Shown: positions 27,383-41,893 of the stretch, in pieces | Layout of the letters: each line of letters opens with the position of its first letter | Position numbering within the stretch: position 1 is the first letter of the stretch | Source: the human T2T-CHM13v2.0 reference genome, Homo sapiens | NCBI RefSeq assembly: GCF_009914755.1 | Contig: NC_060947.1 | DNA: 64,000 bases | Reading direction: 5' to 3' (one strand) | The notes under the pieces: model-generated | The model's input: the letters and a program-made list of their open reading frames with translations, nothing else | Told to the model about the DNA's origin: nothing | Databases searched by the model: none | Program-made: the position numbers and the translations under genes

Positions 27383-28639
27383 GTAAGCTGTTCAATTTAA
27401 CCTTGACTGTAATATATACTGTATAAATGGTATTGTTTTACATTTATCTAATCATGTATTTGCACATATTCCTAGCAGTCATCATAAACACCAGAATATA
27501 ATTATTTATAAAGACCCAGTAATATTTTCAAAGGAACAGCTTATAAGTCTTTTAAGTGGGATCATTCATAAGGAAATCAGATCACCAGAGAGCAGAATCA
27601 CACTCAGATTCTTCATTCACAGCAGAGTTTCCTAATCTGTGTTTAATTCAGTACCATTAAGCAATAGCAAGACAGTATCTTTGCTACTAGGCCTAGAAAT
27701 AAGGAGATACTGTCCATTTTTCTCAGTTGTTGCCTATGCCTTTCTCTGTCCCCACAGTTCCTTGTGCTAATAGGTTAATAGGTACGCCATATAGAATTGT
27801 TAAATGAATGAGAGTCACCCCAAAAATGCAAGCTTATCCCCAAGGAAGCCTATCACAGTCTTCTCTGTATATTGTTTTTATTTTTGTGGGTACATAGTAG
27901 ATGTACATATTTTGGGGTACATGCAGCCTTAACTTCTTAATTTCTAAGTCTGCTACTAGATAGAATTTTTTTCCAAAAATGAGAGTTTCAAGTCTTGGAG
28001 TTTTATAATGGTCTTCAAGTATATGAAGACCTGTTAGTTCTCTCCACCAAAAAATTGAACAAGAAGAAACTGGCATAACTTCTGTTTTCAGTTAGGCATA
28101 AAGCAGAATTTTCTGTCCTTGAGGATTATAACCTCTGAAGTGACTTCAATCTGAAGACTTAACACAAAATAGTCAACAATAAATCCAGAGCAGATACTCT
28201 CCTCACTCTTCATGCTTGCAGAAGGAATCCCTGAAAGGGGGATTAGTAAAAAATAATGTGATTGGAAATTTAACAAATGTAGGTAATTTCAACAGTGAAG
28301 CATTTATTAACCAAAGAAAGAAATATAAATCTGATATTTTTAAACGATTTAAGTACTGAATAAATATTTAAACTCAACAATGTTTGTTTTCTTACACAGA
28401 ATTGCTATTTTCTGGTGAAAAATAGCAGAGATATGGTAAAAGGGGATGGGGAAAGATAAATCTTTGAAAGGTCTTAAGGTACTGCTGGTGAATGAAACAA
28501 AAACATTGGCATTTGCTGCCTTGCTATGTTGGTCCTTAGCCTCCCCAAAAACTGGAGAGGCACTCTGTTTGTTCCTCCTGCTGAAGTTCAAGTTCTCACA
28601 TTTTTTGTTTTCTTTTCTTATCTTCTCTTTTCTTTCTTT

Positions 28640-29256
28640 CTTTATTTTATTTTGAGGCAGGGTCTTGCTCTGTCACCCAGGCTGGAATGCAGTGTTGTGA
28701 TCATAGCTCACTGCAGCCTTCAATGCCTGGGCTCAGGTGAGCCTCCCACCTCAGCCTCCTGAGTAGCTGGGACGACAGGCATGTGCTCCCATGCCTGGCT
28801 AATATTTATTTATTGATTGATTTTTTTTTTTTTTTTTTTGAGATGGAATCTGGCTCTGTCACCCAGGCTGGAGTGCATGGCGTGATCTCGGCTCACTACA
28901 AGCTCAGCCTCCTGAGTGCACGCCATTCTCCTGCCTCAACCTCCCAAGTAGCTGGGACTACAGGCGCCCACCACCAAGCCTGGCTAATTTTTTATATTTT
29001 TAGCAGAGACAGGGTTTCACTGTGTTAGCCAGGATGGTCTCGATCTCCTGACCTCGTGATCTGCCCTCCTCAGCCTCCCAAAGTTCTGGGGTTACAGGCG
29101 TGAGCCACCACACCCAGCCTAATTTTTATATTTTTATCTTTGTAGAGAGGTTGTCTCACTGTGTTGCCCAGGCTGGTCTCGAACTCCTGGCCTCAAATGA
29201 TACTCCCGTGTTGGCCTCCCAAAGTGCTGGGATTACATGAGTCACCATGCCTGGCC
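28640..29256 (-). mobile_element. AluJ split by a younger AluY/Sc (~28820-29118) inserted in its A-rich linker
   Basis: Order is right arm, complete second Alu, left arm. Confidence 0.9.
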
Positions 29257-29330
29257 ATTTTTCTTGAAGTATTTTCCACTTTCCTAAAGGTTTTTAAATG
29301 CATTAAAGTCTACTAGATAACAAACTTAAT

Positions 29331-29412
29331 ATTAGATTGGTGCAAAAGTAATTGCAGCATTTGCCATTATGTTTAACTGCAAATACCACAGTTACTTTTG
29401 CATGAACCTAAT
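29331..29412. mobile_element. MADE1 (full-length ~80 bp mariner MITE)
   Basis: Inverted ends ttagattggtgcaaaagtaattg...cagttacttttgcatgaacctaa. Confidence 0.88.
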
Positions 29413-29811
29413 AGAAAAATACCATTTTACTAAAGAAACCAAAGTGATTTTTTTCTACTAATTCTGAGGCTGCAATGTGGATATTTACTAGAATGTTCTC
29501 TTGAAACTCTGACAGTGATATTTGTTTGCAAGTCATTATGTGAAACAATCAAAATGTGGAAATGTATCCACATAAATAATGACCTGTCAAGGGAAATGGA
29601 GTTTGTCCATTTTGGTCCCCTGTGTCATTATTTAGTTTGTTTGCTTGGTAGGAAGCACCACTTTATATTGCCAGAGATTTTTTTTTGAATGTTTGGGTAC
29701 ATTATATCATTTTTAAAGCTCAGAACTACTACATAACATTATCTTTACATTATGAGTTTTATTTTTAAACCCCTAAATTACAACTACTGATCAAAGCTTA
29801 CCACTTTTTAG

Positions 29812-29898
29812 ACCTTAATGAATCCTCCATTCCCAGATGGTTATTGGAAATTGGTGTTATTTATCTCCATGGTTATGACAAAGAAGGTAACAAATTGT
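29812..29898 (+). CDS. MOSPD2: MOSPD2 exon 4 (DLNESSIPRWLLEIGVIYLHGYDKEGNKL)
   Basis: ctttttag| and T|GTAAG; 87 nt; contains the CRAL-TRIO GxDxxG motif. Confidence 0.95.
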
Positions 29899-30599
29899 GT
29901 AAGTATATTTAATTTATGTTCTGGCTTTTCAAGATTTTGAGATTGAGATATCTATGTCAACTGAATTAAGAATTGGCAGAACTTTCTCCATCTGTAGCAC
30001 TCCTCAGGTCTTCTGCAATGAGGGATTGGCAGGACCATTTTTACAGAGTGTTAGATACTTAGTAGCTGTGCATACTGTTTGCATTATAATAAAGTAGGCA
30101 ATAAAGGCAAAAAATAAATGCTGCATCCTACAGCATAAACAAAGTTATTTAATTCAGAGTCATTATCTTCTTTCTAATCTGACTGTGATATTAAAACTCA
30201 TCTTAGTATTTTTATGGAGAATTTTTTTGACAGTCGCTAAAGGTTGCTAAATAGGCCTTTTCCTTTTCGAGTCTCCCATAATCTCACTCTAGCTTTTTCT
30301 GAAATGTGTATTATAATGAAAGGAACAGTAACAATCATCTCTTTTGTTCCAATGACTCCCCTGTTATACCTCTCTCCCACTTGCCCCAAATCCAGCCTGG
30401 TTTTATACCAGGGATGCAACTTGGCAGGCATGTTCAAGCCCCATACTGAACAGATGTCCTGCACTCATCTTCACTCCTCCATAGCATGTGGTCCGTCTCT
30501 GAGCAATACTCTTTTTGCATTTTCCTCTTACTGCCACCTCCTCCTTTTCAACCTTTTTTTTCTCATTTTTCTTCTTCCACCTGTCCCTTAAAGGTGTTT

Positions 30600-31340
30600 C
30601 CCAGGCTTTATTCCTTTCTTGCTTCTTTTACTTTACAGCTGATACAGTCTCCTTGGGTGATCAATCACGAGCATCTTGGCAGCTTTAGCTACCTCCCCCG
30701 GCACAGTATTGACCCCACACCATCCCCAGGCCACATGCACATACCTAGCTACCCACTGACTGCCCCCTCCTGACTGTCAGCAGCCTTTAGCACAACACAC
30801 TACTGAACATCCATGCCTGTCCACTTGCTCACTTTCTGTATTGCCCACCTCAGGCCCACTCATTGGCTCTTCCTCTAATATAGCTTCAATTTGGCCTTTT
30901 ATCCATCCTCACCAGCTACTTCCTCAATTCAGTTTCTAACTACTACACCTTTGCCCCAGTCCCTTCCCAGGTCATAACCTGGTGGGTTTCCTTCTCTGCC
31001 TCCTCCAGTCTGCCCTCTGTGCTATTGCCCGAAAGGTGTTCTAAAATAGGAAAATGAAAGTGCCCTAGAGTTTCATTCACAGTCCTTCAAGTCCAGTTCT
31101 TTCTTATTTAGCTTCTCCTCTCACCACTCATCACATTTCATCTTAGCTACCACCACCTGAACAGTTTACCGTGCTCCACACACACGCACGGCACTGGCTC
31201 ATGCCTCCATCGCCCTGTGTCAGTATCTTTCCTCTGGACGGAACATTTTTTCCAGTGCTCGACAAAAGCAATGACTTTCTTTTTTGTTAAGCACAATGCA
31301 GAGCACATTTAGATTATTATCAAATAGTGTTTGTTCACCT
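30600..31340. mobile_element. L2 fragments
   Basis: Pyrimidine-rich degenerate L2-like phrases. Confidence 0.45.
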
Positions 31341-31587
31341 GTATTTTCTTTTCCCTCTTACAAGTGAAATTTGTTTATTTCCTAAGGGAAACAGTCTATC
31401 TCTCTGCTACTCTTCAATTTAAGGCACCCAAGTGCAACAGTTTCTCATTGAAAATAAGAAAGAGATGTTTTTGATCTAAGAAATAAAATGAATTGTAAAT
31501 GAAAAATGTCAAGGGAAAGGCAATATATATGTATAATAATATTATAATGCCATAAGTCTTGTTCTTATTTTTATCTTCTGCTTAAAG

Positions 31588-31742
31588 TCTGGATCAGGGT
31601 GAAGTATCATGTAAAAGACCAGAAAACCATATTGGACAAAAAGAAGCTCATAGCATTCTGGTTGGAACGTTATGCTAAGAGGGAAAATGGGAAACCTGTA
31701 ACAGTGATGTTTGACCTGTCAGAAACTGGAATAAATAGCATT
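31588..31742 (+). CDS. MOSPD2: MOSPD2 exon 5 (FWIRVKYHVKDQ...VMFDLSETGINSI)
   Basis: cttaaag| and ATT|GTAAG; 155 nt; overlaps ORF 31599..31856. Confidence 0.95.
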
Positions 31743-33637
31743 GTAAGCATTTTTTCATTCATTCCAAATCAGTGTTTATCATGGCTTCCTCCCTTTCTCC
31801 TGTCCTTGCTGCCAACCACATATTGCTGTAAAATTGAGGTAACTAACTTATATTAGGGATTTATTTTTTCACCTTGCAGTGTGAGTGTAGTCAAACATGG
31901 AATAGGGTTTGCAGAGAATTAAATTTGTTTCTGTATTTGGCGTTGAAACTGTCGATTTCCTAGAAATGTTCCTTGTCTGAGACACAGGATGGAGAGGTAG
32001 CATGTCGAGGCTGGCAAGGTATGAATCGATGTGATAACTGTGAACTTTGATATCAAAGCTAATATCCTATAGCACCTGCCCCGGTGTGTGCCACATAGTA
32101 ATATATTCAGGAAATATCAAGTAAGGTAATATACCATCTCGAATTTGTTATATTCATACCATGTTTTACAGTTGCAAGATGTTCACATGAGTTTTGCACA
32201 TATAACACTTTGTGATTTTATTGAGTGTTTTTGTTTGCTTGTTTGGATTTGTTTTCTATCTGTTTGATTTGGTTAGCTTTGGAAACCAGTTTTCTTCAGG
32301 TGATTTTGCCAAGCTTGAAAAATAAGTAAAACCTACCTGTCTTTAATTTGGGTCCTTGTGACCTTAGTGATACCTACAAACCCTTCAGCAGCAATTGAGA
32401 TCACTTGGCACATTTATTCTAACTACTGTCTCTTATATTTAATCTGTGGCTAATTCTGATAGCAGTAATGTCGTATTCACAAACGTGCTCAGGGCAGTGT
32501 TGAAATCTTTTTGGAATTCCATTTGGCAAATTATGTTAAGAACCTTAAAGTGTTTGTATTTATATTCTTTGCCTGGTAACCAACTTCTGGAAATCTATTC
32601 TAAAGAAATAATCCTGAGTACAGAAAAAGCATCATACATCAAAATATTTTCCCAGTGTCATTTAAAGTAATGAAAAATTAGAAAAAAATATAAATGTTCA
32701 ACATGATGAAATGGCAAATTATGGTATATCTAGTTAGTTGATGGAGTATACATATAGCTATGTAAAATGGTGTTTTTAAGGAATTTATAGTAATATTGGA
32801 GAGAACACTTTTTTCTGAGATGAAAAAAGCTGTATGATTATACGTACTATAATATGTATGTATTCTATACCATGGTGATACATAGCCCAACAAAGGAAAC
32901 TGTAGACATAACAAACACAAAACCAGCTAGAGAGAACTGCTAACAAGAGCTTTCTTGCAGTGGTAGGACCACAAATTTTTTTCATGTTTCTATTTCTCTT
33001 TTTATTTTTCAAGGATCCGATGCCCTGGAGTTTTCCAACCTAGTTTCCATGTCAGTGGTTTTAAATTAGAGAAAGTAAATTATTTTATATCCAAAATCAA
33101 AATCAATTTGCCTAGATAAATAAATATTCCATAAAAATAAATCCTGATTCTTTTGTCCTTTGGATATGATAGTTTCCTAATTATTAACCCAGAATCATGA
33201 AGAATAAATGTTAATATTTTTGTTGCCAAGTATAAGGACAGAGAATTGACTTGAACTGTTTTATTTTTTCAAGCTACTTATATCTCACCATCTTTAATTT
33301 GTAAATAAGGTGTATTTGCACTACTAAGTATTTAAGTCATTATTGTTTTAAAATACTTGAATCTTACTGAATAATTTATTTTCATAAATGACCCTTTCAT
33401 GAGTCACAAAGAATTTAAGTGAGCTTATAAACATGTCACAAAGAATTTAGGTGAGCTTATAAATTTCAAGGCAAAAAATAAGAAAATCATTTGTTAGAGT
33501 TGGGACACCAGTTTGGCTCTAAGCTTTCAGCTGCCTGCCTGAAAGAAATGCAATCATTTAAAATTATTCAGTGGCCATCCTTCACAACCAGTGTCTTAGA
33601 AGTATATCCATTCCTAATACTTGAACTAGAAAGTCTT

Positions 33638-33639
<2 letters not shown>

Positions 33640-33692
<53 letters not shown>

Positions 33693-33962
33693 AGACGGAG
33701 TCTCGCTCTGTCACCCAGGCTGGAGTACAGTGGCGCAGCCTCGGCTCACTGCAAGCTCCGCCTCCCGGGTTCACGCCATTCTCCTGCCTCAGCCTCTCCG
33801 AGTAGCTGGGACTACAGGCGCCCGCCACCACGCCCGGCTAATTTTTTTTTTATTTTTAGTAGAGACGGGGTTTCACCGTGGTCTCGATCTCCTGACCTCG
33901 TGATCCACCCGCCTCGGCCTCCCAAAGTGCTGGGATTACAAGCGTGAGCCACCGCGCCCGGC
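33640..33962 (-). mobile_element. Young AluY, Yd lineage
   Basis: 12-nt deletion (caccgtg^gtctcga), CpGs largely intact, 52 pure T, perfect 17-bp TSD gaactagaaagtctttc. Confidence 0.93.
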
Positions 33963-34348
33963 GAACTAGAAAGTCTTTCATGGGTCCTCAAAAGGACGTT
34001 TTACAAGATAATAACAGCCTCCTCGAAAACATCCTTATAGAATGCTGAGCAATAGGGTTGATGGAGCTATTTCTTGTAGTCCCCATTAATAGAATACACC
34101 AGTGACATCTTATCATATCCACTTGAATTAGCAGTAACTCACGATTTTACGAAGAAGGATATTCAATTAAATAAATGATAGAAACAAGAATGTTATTCCA
34201 AGACTATTTAGACAAAGTCTCTGGGGGCCATAAATTCTAGACTAGGTAACCACATTTTTATATAACTGGTTCTTTTCAGCTATTTTCTTTGACTGTTACT
34301 TAACTGCCAATTATGAAAACTCCATGCACAGTGGCTATAATGATTAGT

Positions 34349-34413
34349 TACAAAGGTATTATTATATATATATATATATACACACAAAGGTATTTTATAT
34401 ATATATATTATAT

Positions 34414-34464
<51 letters not shown>

Positions 34465-34482
34465 GGTATTATTATATATATA
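34349..34482. repeat. Compound (TA)n/(CA)n repeat with three copies of acaaaggtatt
   Basis: Directly visible. Confidence 0.92.
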
Positions 34483-35430
34483 CCCATAACAAATACTTAA
34501 GATAGTTAAGGATGCTTACTTTTAGTTTACTGCAATTAAAGATGCTGCAACTAACATTCCAGGGATGAATTTATAGACACTTATCTCTAGGAAAACCCAC
34601 CTTTCCAGTAATTGTGATGGATTTCAGTTTGCTTGGTTGTATCTTTCATCCCACAGTCTTTATAAGATGGCCAATCAGAATTAGTGAATCAGTATGTGGC
34701 CATGGAGTGAAATGACTCATGGAAATAACCTTAATGACCTAATTTCCTGTTGCTGTGCTCAAAGCAGTAGAACCAACCAGATAGCTATGTTTGTAGTCTC
34801 CCAGAAATCAGAATCAGTGAACAACACTGGAATATAAACTAAAAAACTAATTCTAGGTCTCTAAATAAAATTTAAAAAGCCAGAAATGGAGTAGATACAG
34901 CAGGCCAATGTGATTAGATTAAGTATTGTGTTTAAAAAAGGTTGATAAAATATATTTTATTGACACTATTATGTGGTGTAAAAATTAGGATTAAAAAGCA
35001 AATATATGAGAATTTACATACATGTGTATTATTATCCCAAGTAGTCTGATTATAAACTGTATACTTGTTTCAATAATTCTTTAGTTATTCAACAGATTTT
35101 TAGAATTTCTCTATGGAGATTGCTTTTAGATCCATTTTATGCCCTGTTGCCTTAGTAGCCTGAAGTGTGTAACTAGTTTGAGGTAATGTGAATAATTTTA
35201 AAACATCACTAAGCATCTGGTTTCTTCAAGTCAGTTTTAGGGCTGATTATTATAAATAGCTTAATGACCTAAAACCTTAATCCTTGAGAATATAGATATT
35301 TACATATGAGCTTACTTTTTAAAGAATTTAATAATTGTCTCACTTGTATTTAATAATTTATCACCTTTAGAAATGTGCAATTTTAAGTTCTCTAATGTGG
35401 ACAGTCTTAAAGATTTAATCTTTATTTTAG

Positions 35431-35491
35431 GACATGGACTTTGTACGCTTTATCATCAACTGCTTTAAGGTTTATTACCCTAAATACCTCT
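35431..35491 (+). CDS. MOSPD2: MOSPD2 exon 6 (DMDFVRFIINCFKVYYPKYL)
   Basis: tttattttag| and T|GTAAG; 61 nt; CRAL-TRIO YP motif. Confidence 0.95.
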
Positions 35492-37821
35492 GTAAGTAAC
35501 TTACTCCTTTATAAAAAATATAACATATTGAAACTGTAGACAATGTCTGAGAATTGTGGAGCCTTATGTTATTATAGACTTTCATACCTGAAACTTTGTT
35601 TTCTGATGAAGAATTTTAAATGTGTTCATAGACATTATTGTAACACATACAGAGGAAAGTTTTTCATAAGTATTCATTGTCCTTCACAGTTAATTTTAAG
35701 AGTTTAAGTTCTAAACTATATATATGGCATCCTATAACACACACACCCACTCACACACATAGGTACATAAAAGCATACATTTATTTCAAAATTATCTCAT
35801 TTTTACTAATATTTCAATTTAGAAATTCATTTCAAATAGTATTTATTATATGAAACTTCTTGCATACAAGAACAGATAAGCAGTATTGATAGAGTACACT
35901 GTATAATAAGCAATATTGATATATAAAGTACACTGTTACCAACTGCTACTTAAAAATTGTCATTAAGAAAATACTTGACTAGAAGGTACTACATTTGAAT
36001 CTGGCATTTGGAGTTTGTTTGTTTTTTATTGTGACTATTCCATTAATTACCTGAATGAAGAACTCCTAAACCTTATATAGTCCATTTTTTACTTGTTGAA
36101 TTTGTATGATGGGTTCACCCTAGGGAAGCCGAGATGCCAACTCACATAAACAGTCAAGTATATTTAACCCCAATGGTTTAAAAGTGAAAAGACAGCAGAG
36201 AGGCAACAGGGATGTCAGAAAATGGGAATTTACAGATCTGCCTGAGCGTACTCCTAGAAAACAGCAAATTGGGTCTTTTGGGACTCGTGACTCAGGTGAC
36301 TTTAGCATAAAATCCCTAAATTATCTTAATTTGGCATGTTAATTTTATTGTTAATGTGAAGTGAGGAATAGACAAAAAGCATAATGGATATCAAGAGTCA
36401 GTGCCACCCCTAGCTGTATACTCTCATCTTTTCAGAGAGAGTATTCATGAATATTTTTAGGTAAAAAGAATGATCAATAGTGTCCAGTTTGGGGAACCTG
36501 TACTATCTTCTGTTCCTTATGGATTTTTCCTGTATCTGGCATGTACCCTGATTCCTTAAGGCCTCCAGAGCAGTGCCAGTCATTGGTCAGTAGGGAATCA
36601 CTACCCCATAGTTTTAGTTTGTTGCTCTTATGGACAAAATGAAAAAATATCCACTTGATCATTGAAATATCTAAAGGAGTTTGTGAAGAGCCACTTATCA
36701 GTAGTATAAATATTATTATTACTTTGTAAAATACATCTGAGATTCTTTTGAGAGAACTATTAAAAAGTTAATAGATCTATATAAAGATGAGTTGTAATAC
36801 TATTCATCTTAACTAGAGATTTTATATATATATATATACACACACACATATATATATATTCTACCTACATAATATAGTTTTGCAGACATTGAATTTCGTG
36901 GAATCTTAATTGATTATGCTTCAAAATCTGTCATGAAGAATAACTATTATATCTTAAAATCTTGAGTCCACATTATTTTAAGCATATCCCAGACGAAGAC
37001 TGAGGTATTAAGCACCAGGGTGCCTCTTTACAGATGCCTTTTTCCTTATATGTACTTTACTTGTCCTACATTAATGCAACAACTCTAAGAGGTTCTCTGC
37101 TCAGAGAAGAGTGAAATTACATTTTGATTCCTCTGGAATAGAGGAATGAATTGAATCTCAAAAATCTTCTTTGCAGTTTCTGGTTCTTTCTCACAGTTGT
37201 CTCAGTTGTTAATAGGGCTGTTTAGTATCTTCAACTCAGTGTGTAAATAATACTTATGCATACTTTGGAATTATTAGCTTCCTGGAGCTCATGATATAAA
37301 GTAGAAATAATTTTTGTTTCTGAAAACGTAGTGATGTATTAAAAGGGGAGGGGGCAACTGTGAGACTGGTTTAACAATAGAATCTCTAGAAAATTGTAAT
37401 TGAAACCATAAATTAGACCTGGAAATGATTTTAAAGTTCAGTGGCTTCAGCACTACTTTGACATGCCACATCGAAAGACTCCATTTATCCACTTAACTGT
37501 TTTCTTTTGTACCTCCCTGCAAACAACAAAAGCAGTGAGTGACAAAAGAATAGGCTGTTTACCAGAGGACAGTGACAGTGCACTATTGATTTCCCACAAG
37601 TCTTCCTCCTGGGCTGGCACCTCACCATTGTGACATGCTAGTTCAGTTCCAGCACCACATGGAATACTATTCATGATACTATACACTTCACTGAATTAGA
37701 GCTCAGACAACAAGCTCAGTTTTTACTTAAATTTAGATGACCAGTTTTTTCTAGGCTGGTATGAGTGATATTATTATAGAGGTACTGATTCACATTCAAT
37801 GAATTTTTTTTCATCTTTCAG

Positions 37822-37860
37822 CAAAAATAGTGATCTTTGATATGCCTTGGTTAATGAATG
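37822..37860 (+). CDS. MOSPD2: MOSPD2 exon 7 (SKIVIFDMPWLMN)
   Basis: catctttcag| and G|GTGAG; 39 nt. Confidence 0.94.
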
Positions 37861-38083
37861 GTGAGTATATTTATACTTTCTTAAAACAAAATGTCTAATT
37901 TCCTTTACTTTGCCGATTTAGCCATATTTCTACAATTGTTTAAAATAATGTTTATATTGTCCTTTGCATGCTCTCTTAAGAGACTGGAGCTAGAACACTC
38001 AAAGGCTATTCCTAAGCAAACAGGGCTAAAATTTTATACCCAGGATCTGGGGGCACCCATTAGTCTTCTTTAAAAACAGCCTT

Positions 38084-38215
38084 GCCAGGCATGGTGTTGC
38101 ACGGCTATAGTCCTAGCTACTCAGGAGGCTGAGGCAGGAGGATCACTTGAGCCCATGAGTTTGAGGCCAGCCTGGGCAACATAATGATACCCATCTCTTA
38201 AAAAAAAAAAAAAAA
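38084..38215 (+). mobile_element. FLAM / free left Alu monomer
   Basis: Single monomer plus A tail; flanking aacagcct repeat. Confidence 0.85.
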
Positions 38216-39314
38216 TTAACAACAGCCTCAAATATTCAACCATTAAGGTAATACTCTAGTCAGAAGCCTCAATTTGTCATGCACAGATAAGGTATGTCAC
38301 AGAACACAGGCCTTGTCTAGGTTTCTCATGGGCTTCAGGTGTTGAGAAAGAAGGTGGAATCAGTCTGAAACTCACCCCAAATCACTGTAGTGACATGACC
38401 CTTTTGACAGTCATGATATATTTTTTGGTAAAATTTTTTTGAAAAAGCCATTGATTGATAAACTGTCTTGACCAACTTTAAAATTACTGTAAATTGAATG
38501 TTATTTTCAGAATGTACATTCTCATTTGTGTTTGCAAAAGTCAGTTGTTACATAGAAAGCAATAGAGAAAATCAACAAATCCAAAATTTGGTTCTTTGGA
38601 AAATGCAACACAATTGACAAACCTTTAGCTAATAAAGAAGAAAAGGAAAGACTCAAAGTATTAAAATCTGTAATGAAAGAAGGGACATTACTATTGACCT
38701 TAAAGAAATAAAAAGGACTATAGGGAGATACTGTGAATGATTATATGCAAAGAAATTAGATAACCTACATGAAGTGAACAAATTCTTAGAAAGACACAAA
38801 CTACTGAAACTAATTCAAGAAGAATCAGAATAGAAATATAAAAAAGGAAGTTGAATTAGTAATCAAAAAAAACTTCCCACGAAGAAAAGCCCAGGCCCAG
38901 ATGGCTTCACTGGTAAATTATGTGAAATATTTAAAGAAGAATCAACATGAATCCTTCACAAATTCTTCCAAGAAATAGAAGAAGAGGGAATACTTTCCAA
39001 CTTATTTTATGAGGCAAGTATAACCATAATACCAAACATCACAGGAAAAGAAAACTACAGACTGGTATTCCTTATGAAAATAGATGCAACAGCCCTCAAC
39101 GAAGTACTAGCAAATTGAATCCAGCAGCATATAAAAAGGATTATACACCATGACCAAGTGGGCTCAACATATGAAAATCAACTAATGTAATCTACCATAT
39201 TAATATAATGAAGGGGAAAATTATGTGATCATCTCAAGAGACACAGAAAAAGCATTTGACAAAATCTAGTACCCTCTCATGATAAAAGTACTCAACAAAC
39301 TAGCAACGTAAGGT

Positions 39315-39935
39315 GCAAAGAGTTGAAACAACTACCAAGTTAGACCACAGTAGTCCACACAAGACCACCCCCATTTCTGACACAAACTGCAAGTTCAGGA
39401 GGTGCTCAAAATTGCCCTTAGGTTTGATAAGTCTAGTGAAGGACTCTGAGAACTCACTGAAAACTATTATACTCACAATTATGGTTTATTACAGGGAAAG
39501 AATTTAGATTAAGGTCAACCACAGAAAGTAAGGTGTAGGGCAGAGTCCAAGGAAGTACCAAATGTTGAGCATATTACTTCACTGGCATCAATGTGTGGCA
39601 ATGTGCATGGAGTTAGTCAACCTGGGAAGCTCACCCAAGCCTCAGTGTTCAGAGTTTTTATTGGAACTCCATTATGTAAGCATGATTGATTGCCCATGTG
39701 GTTGATCTTAGTCTTCAGTCTCCCCCAAGGTCTACTGATACTGTGTAACCCAAACGCCTACCCTGAATCACACTGTTGGTCTTTCTTCTATGGCCAGTTC
39801 CTACCCTAAGTCATATTGTCCCATTGTCACTTAAGGCCCCCAGACAAACAAAGACAATCCTATCAGGCATGAAGATTACCTCTCAGAAGCTGAGGGCAAA
39901 GTGCAGATCTCTCTTTGGGTAAGGCTAATCCTTCA
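39315..39935. mobile_element. MER21-like LTR inside the L1
   Basis: ttatactcacaattatggtttattacagggaaag motif; interrupts L1 colinearity. Confidence 0.6.
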
Positions 39936-40203
39936 CAGAAAAGAACTTCCTCCACCTGTTTATAAAGGGCATATATGAAAAACCTGAATCTATGAAAACC
40001 CACAGCTAACATCTTACTTAGCAGGGAAAGAATGGATGCTTCCCCCCTAAGATCAGTAACAAGACAACACTGTCTCTCTTACCACTTCTATTAATAAAAG
40101 AAGTTCAAGACAAGGACACGGAAAATTACAAAACCCCATTTTAGTAAATTCAAGCCTTACATAAATGAAAAGACATGTTGTTCATGGATTGGAAGACTTA
40201 ATA

Positions 40204-40845
<642 letters not shown>

Positions 40846-41603
40846 TATTGTTAAGAGGTCAACACTTCCCAAATTGATCTACTGATTCAGTGCAGTCCCT
40901 ATCAAAAGCCCAGCTGCCTTTTTTGCAGAAATGGATATGTTTGTCCCAAAATTCATATGAAAATGCAAGAAACCAAGAGTAGTCAAATCTTGAAATAGAA
41001 ACACAGAGTTGGAGGACTTAACACTTCCTGATTTCAAAATTTACTACAAAGCTACAGCAATCAAGACATTGGGCATGTATGGGCATAAGGATAAACGTAT
41101 AGATCAGTGAAATCGAATTGAGGGTCCAGATATAAACCCTAATGTTTATTATGGTCAGTTGATTTTTTTTTACAATGGTGCCAAGACTATTCAGTAGAGA
41201 AATAAGGCTTTTTAAATAAAAGGTGCTAGGACAACTGGGTATCCACATTCAAAGGAATGAAGTTGGACCCCACCTTACATCATATATAAAAATTAATTCA
41301 AAATGAATCAGAAACCTAAATGTAAGAGCTAAATCTCTTAGAAGAAACACAGGATTAAATCCTTGTGCTTGGATTGGGCAATGGTTTCTTAGATATGACA
41401 ACAAAAGCACAAGCAACAAAATAAACAAACAGATAACATTGGACTGCATTAAAATTGAAAACTTGTGCCTTCAAGGACACTACCAAGTAGGTGAAAAGAC
41501 AATTCTCAGAATGGAAGAAATCATTTACAAACCATACATTTTATAAGGGACTTATTCTAGAATATATAAAGAACTCTTACAATGCAATGTTAAAAAGACA
41601 AGT

Positions 41604-41893
<290 letters not shown>

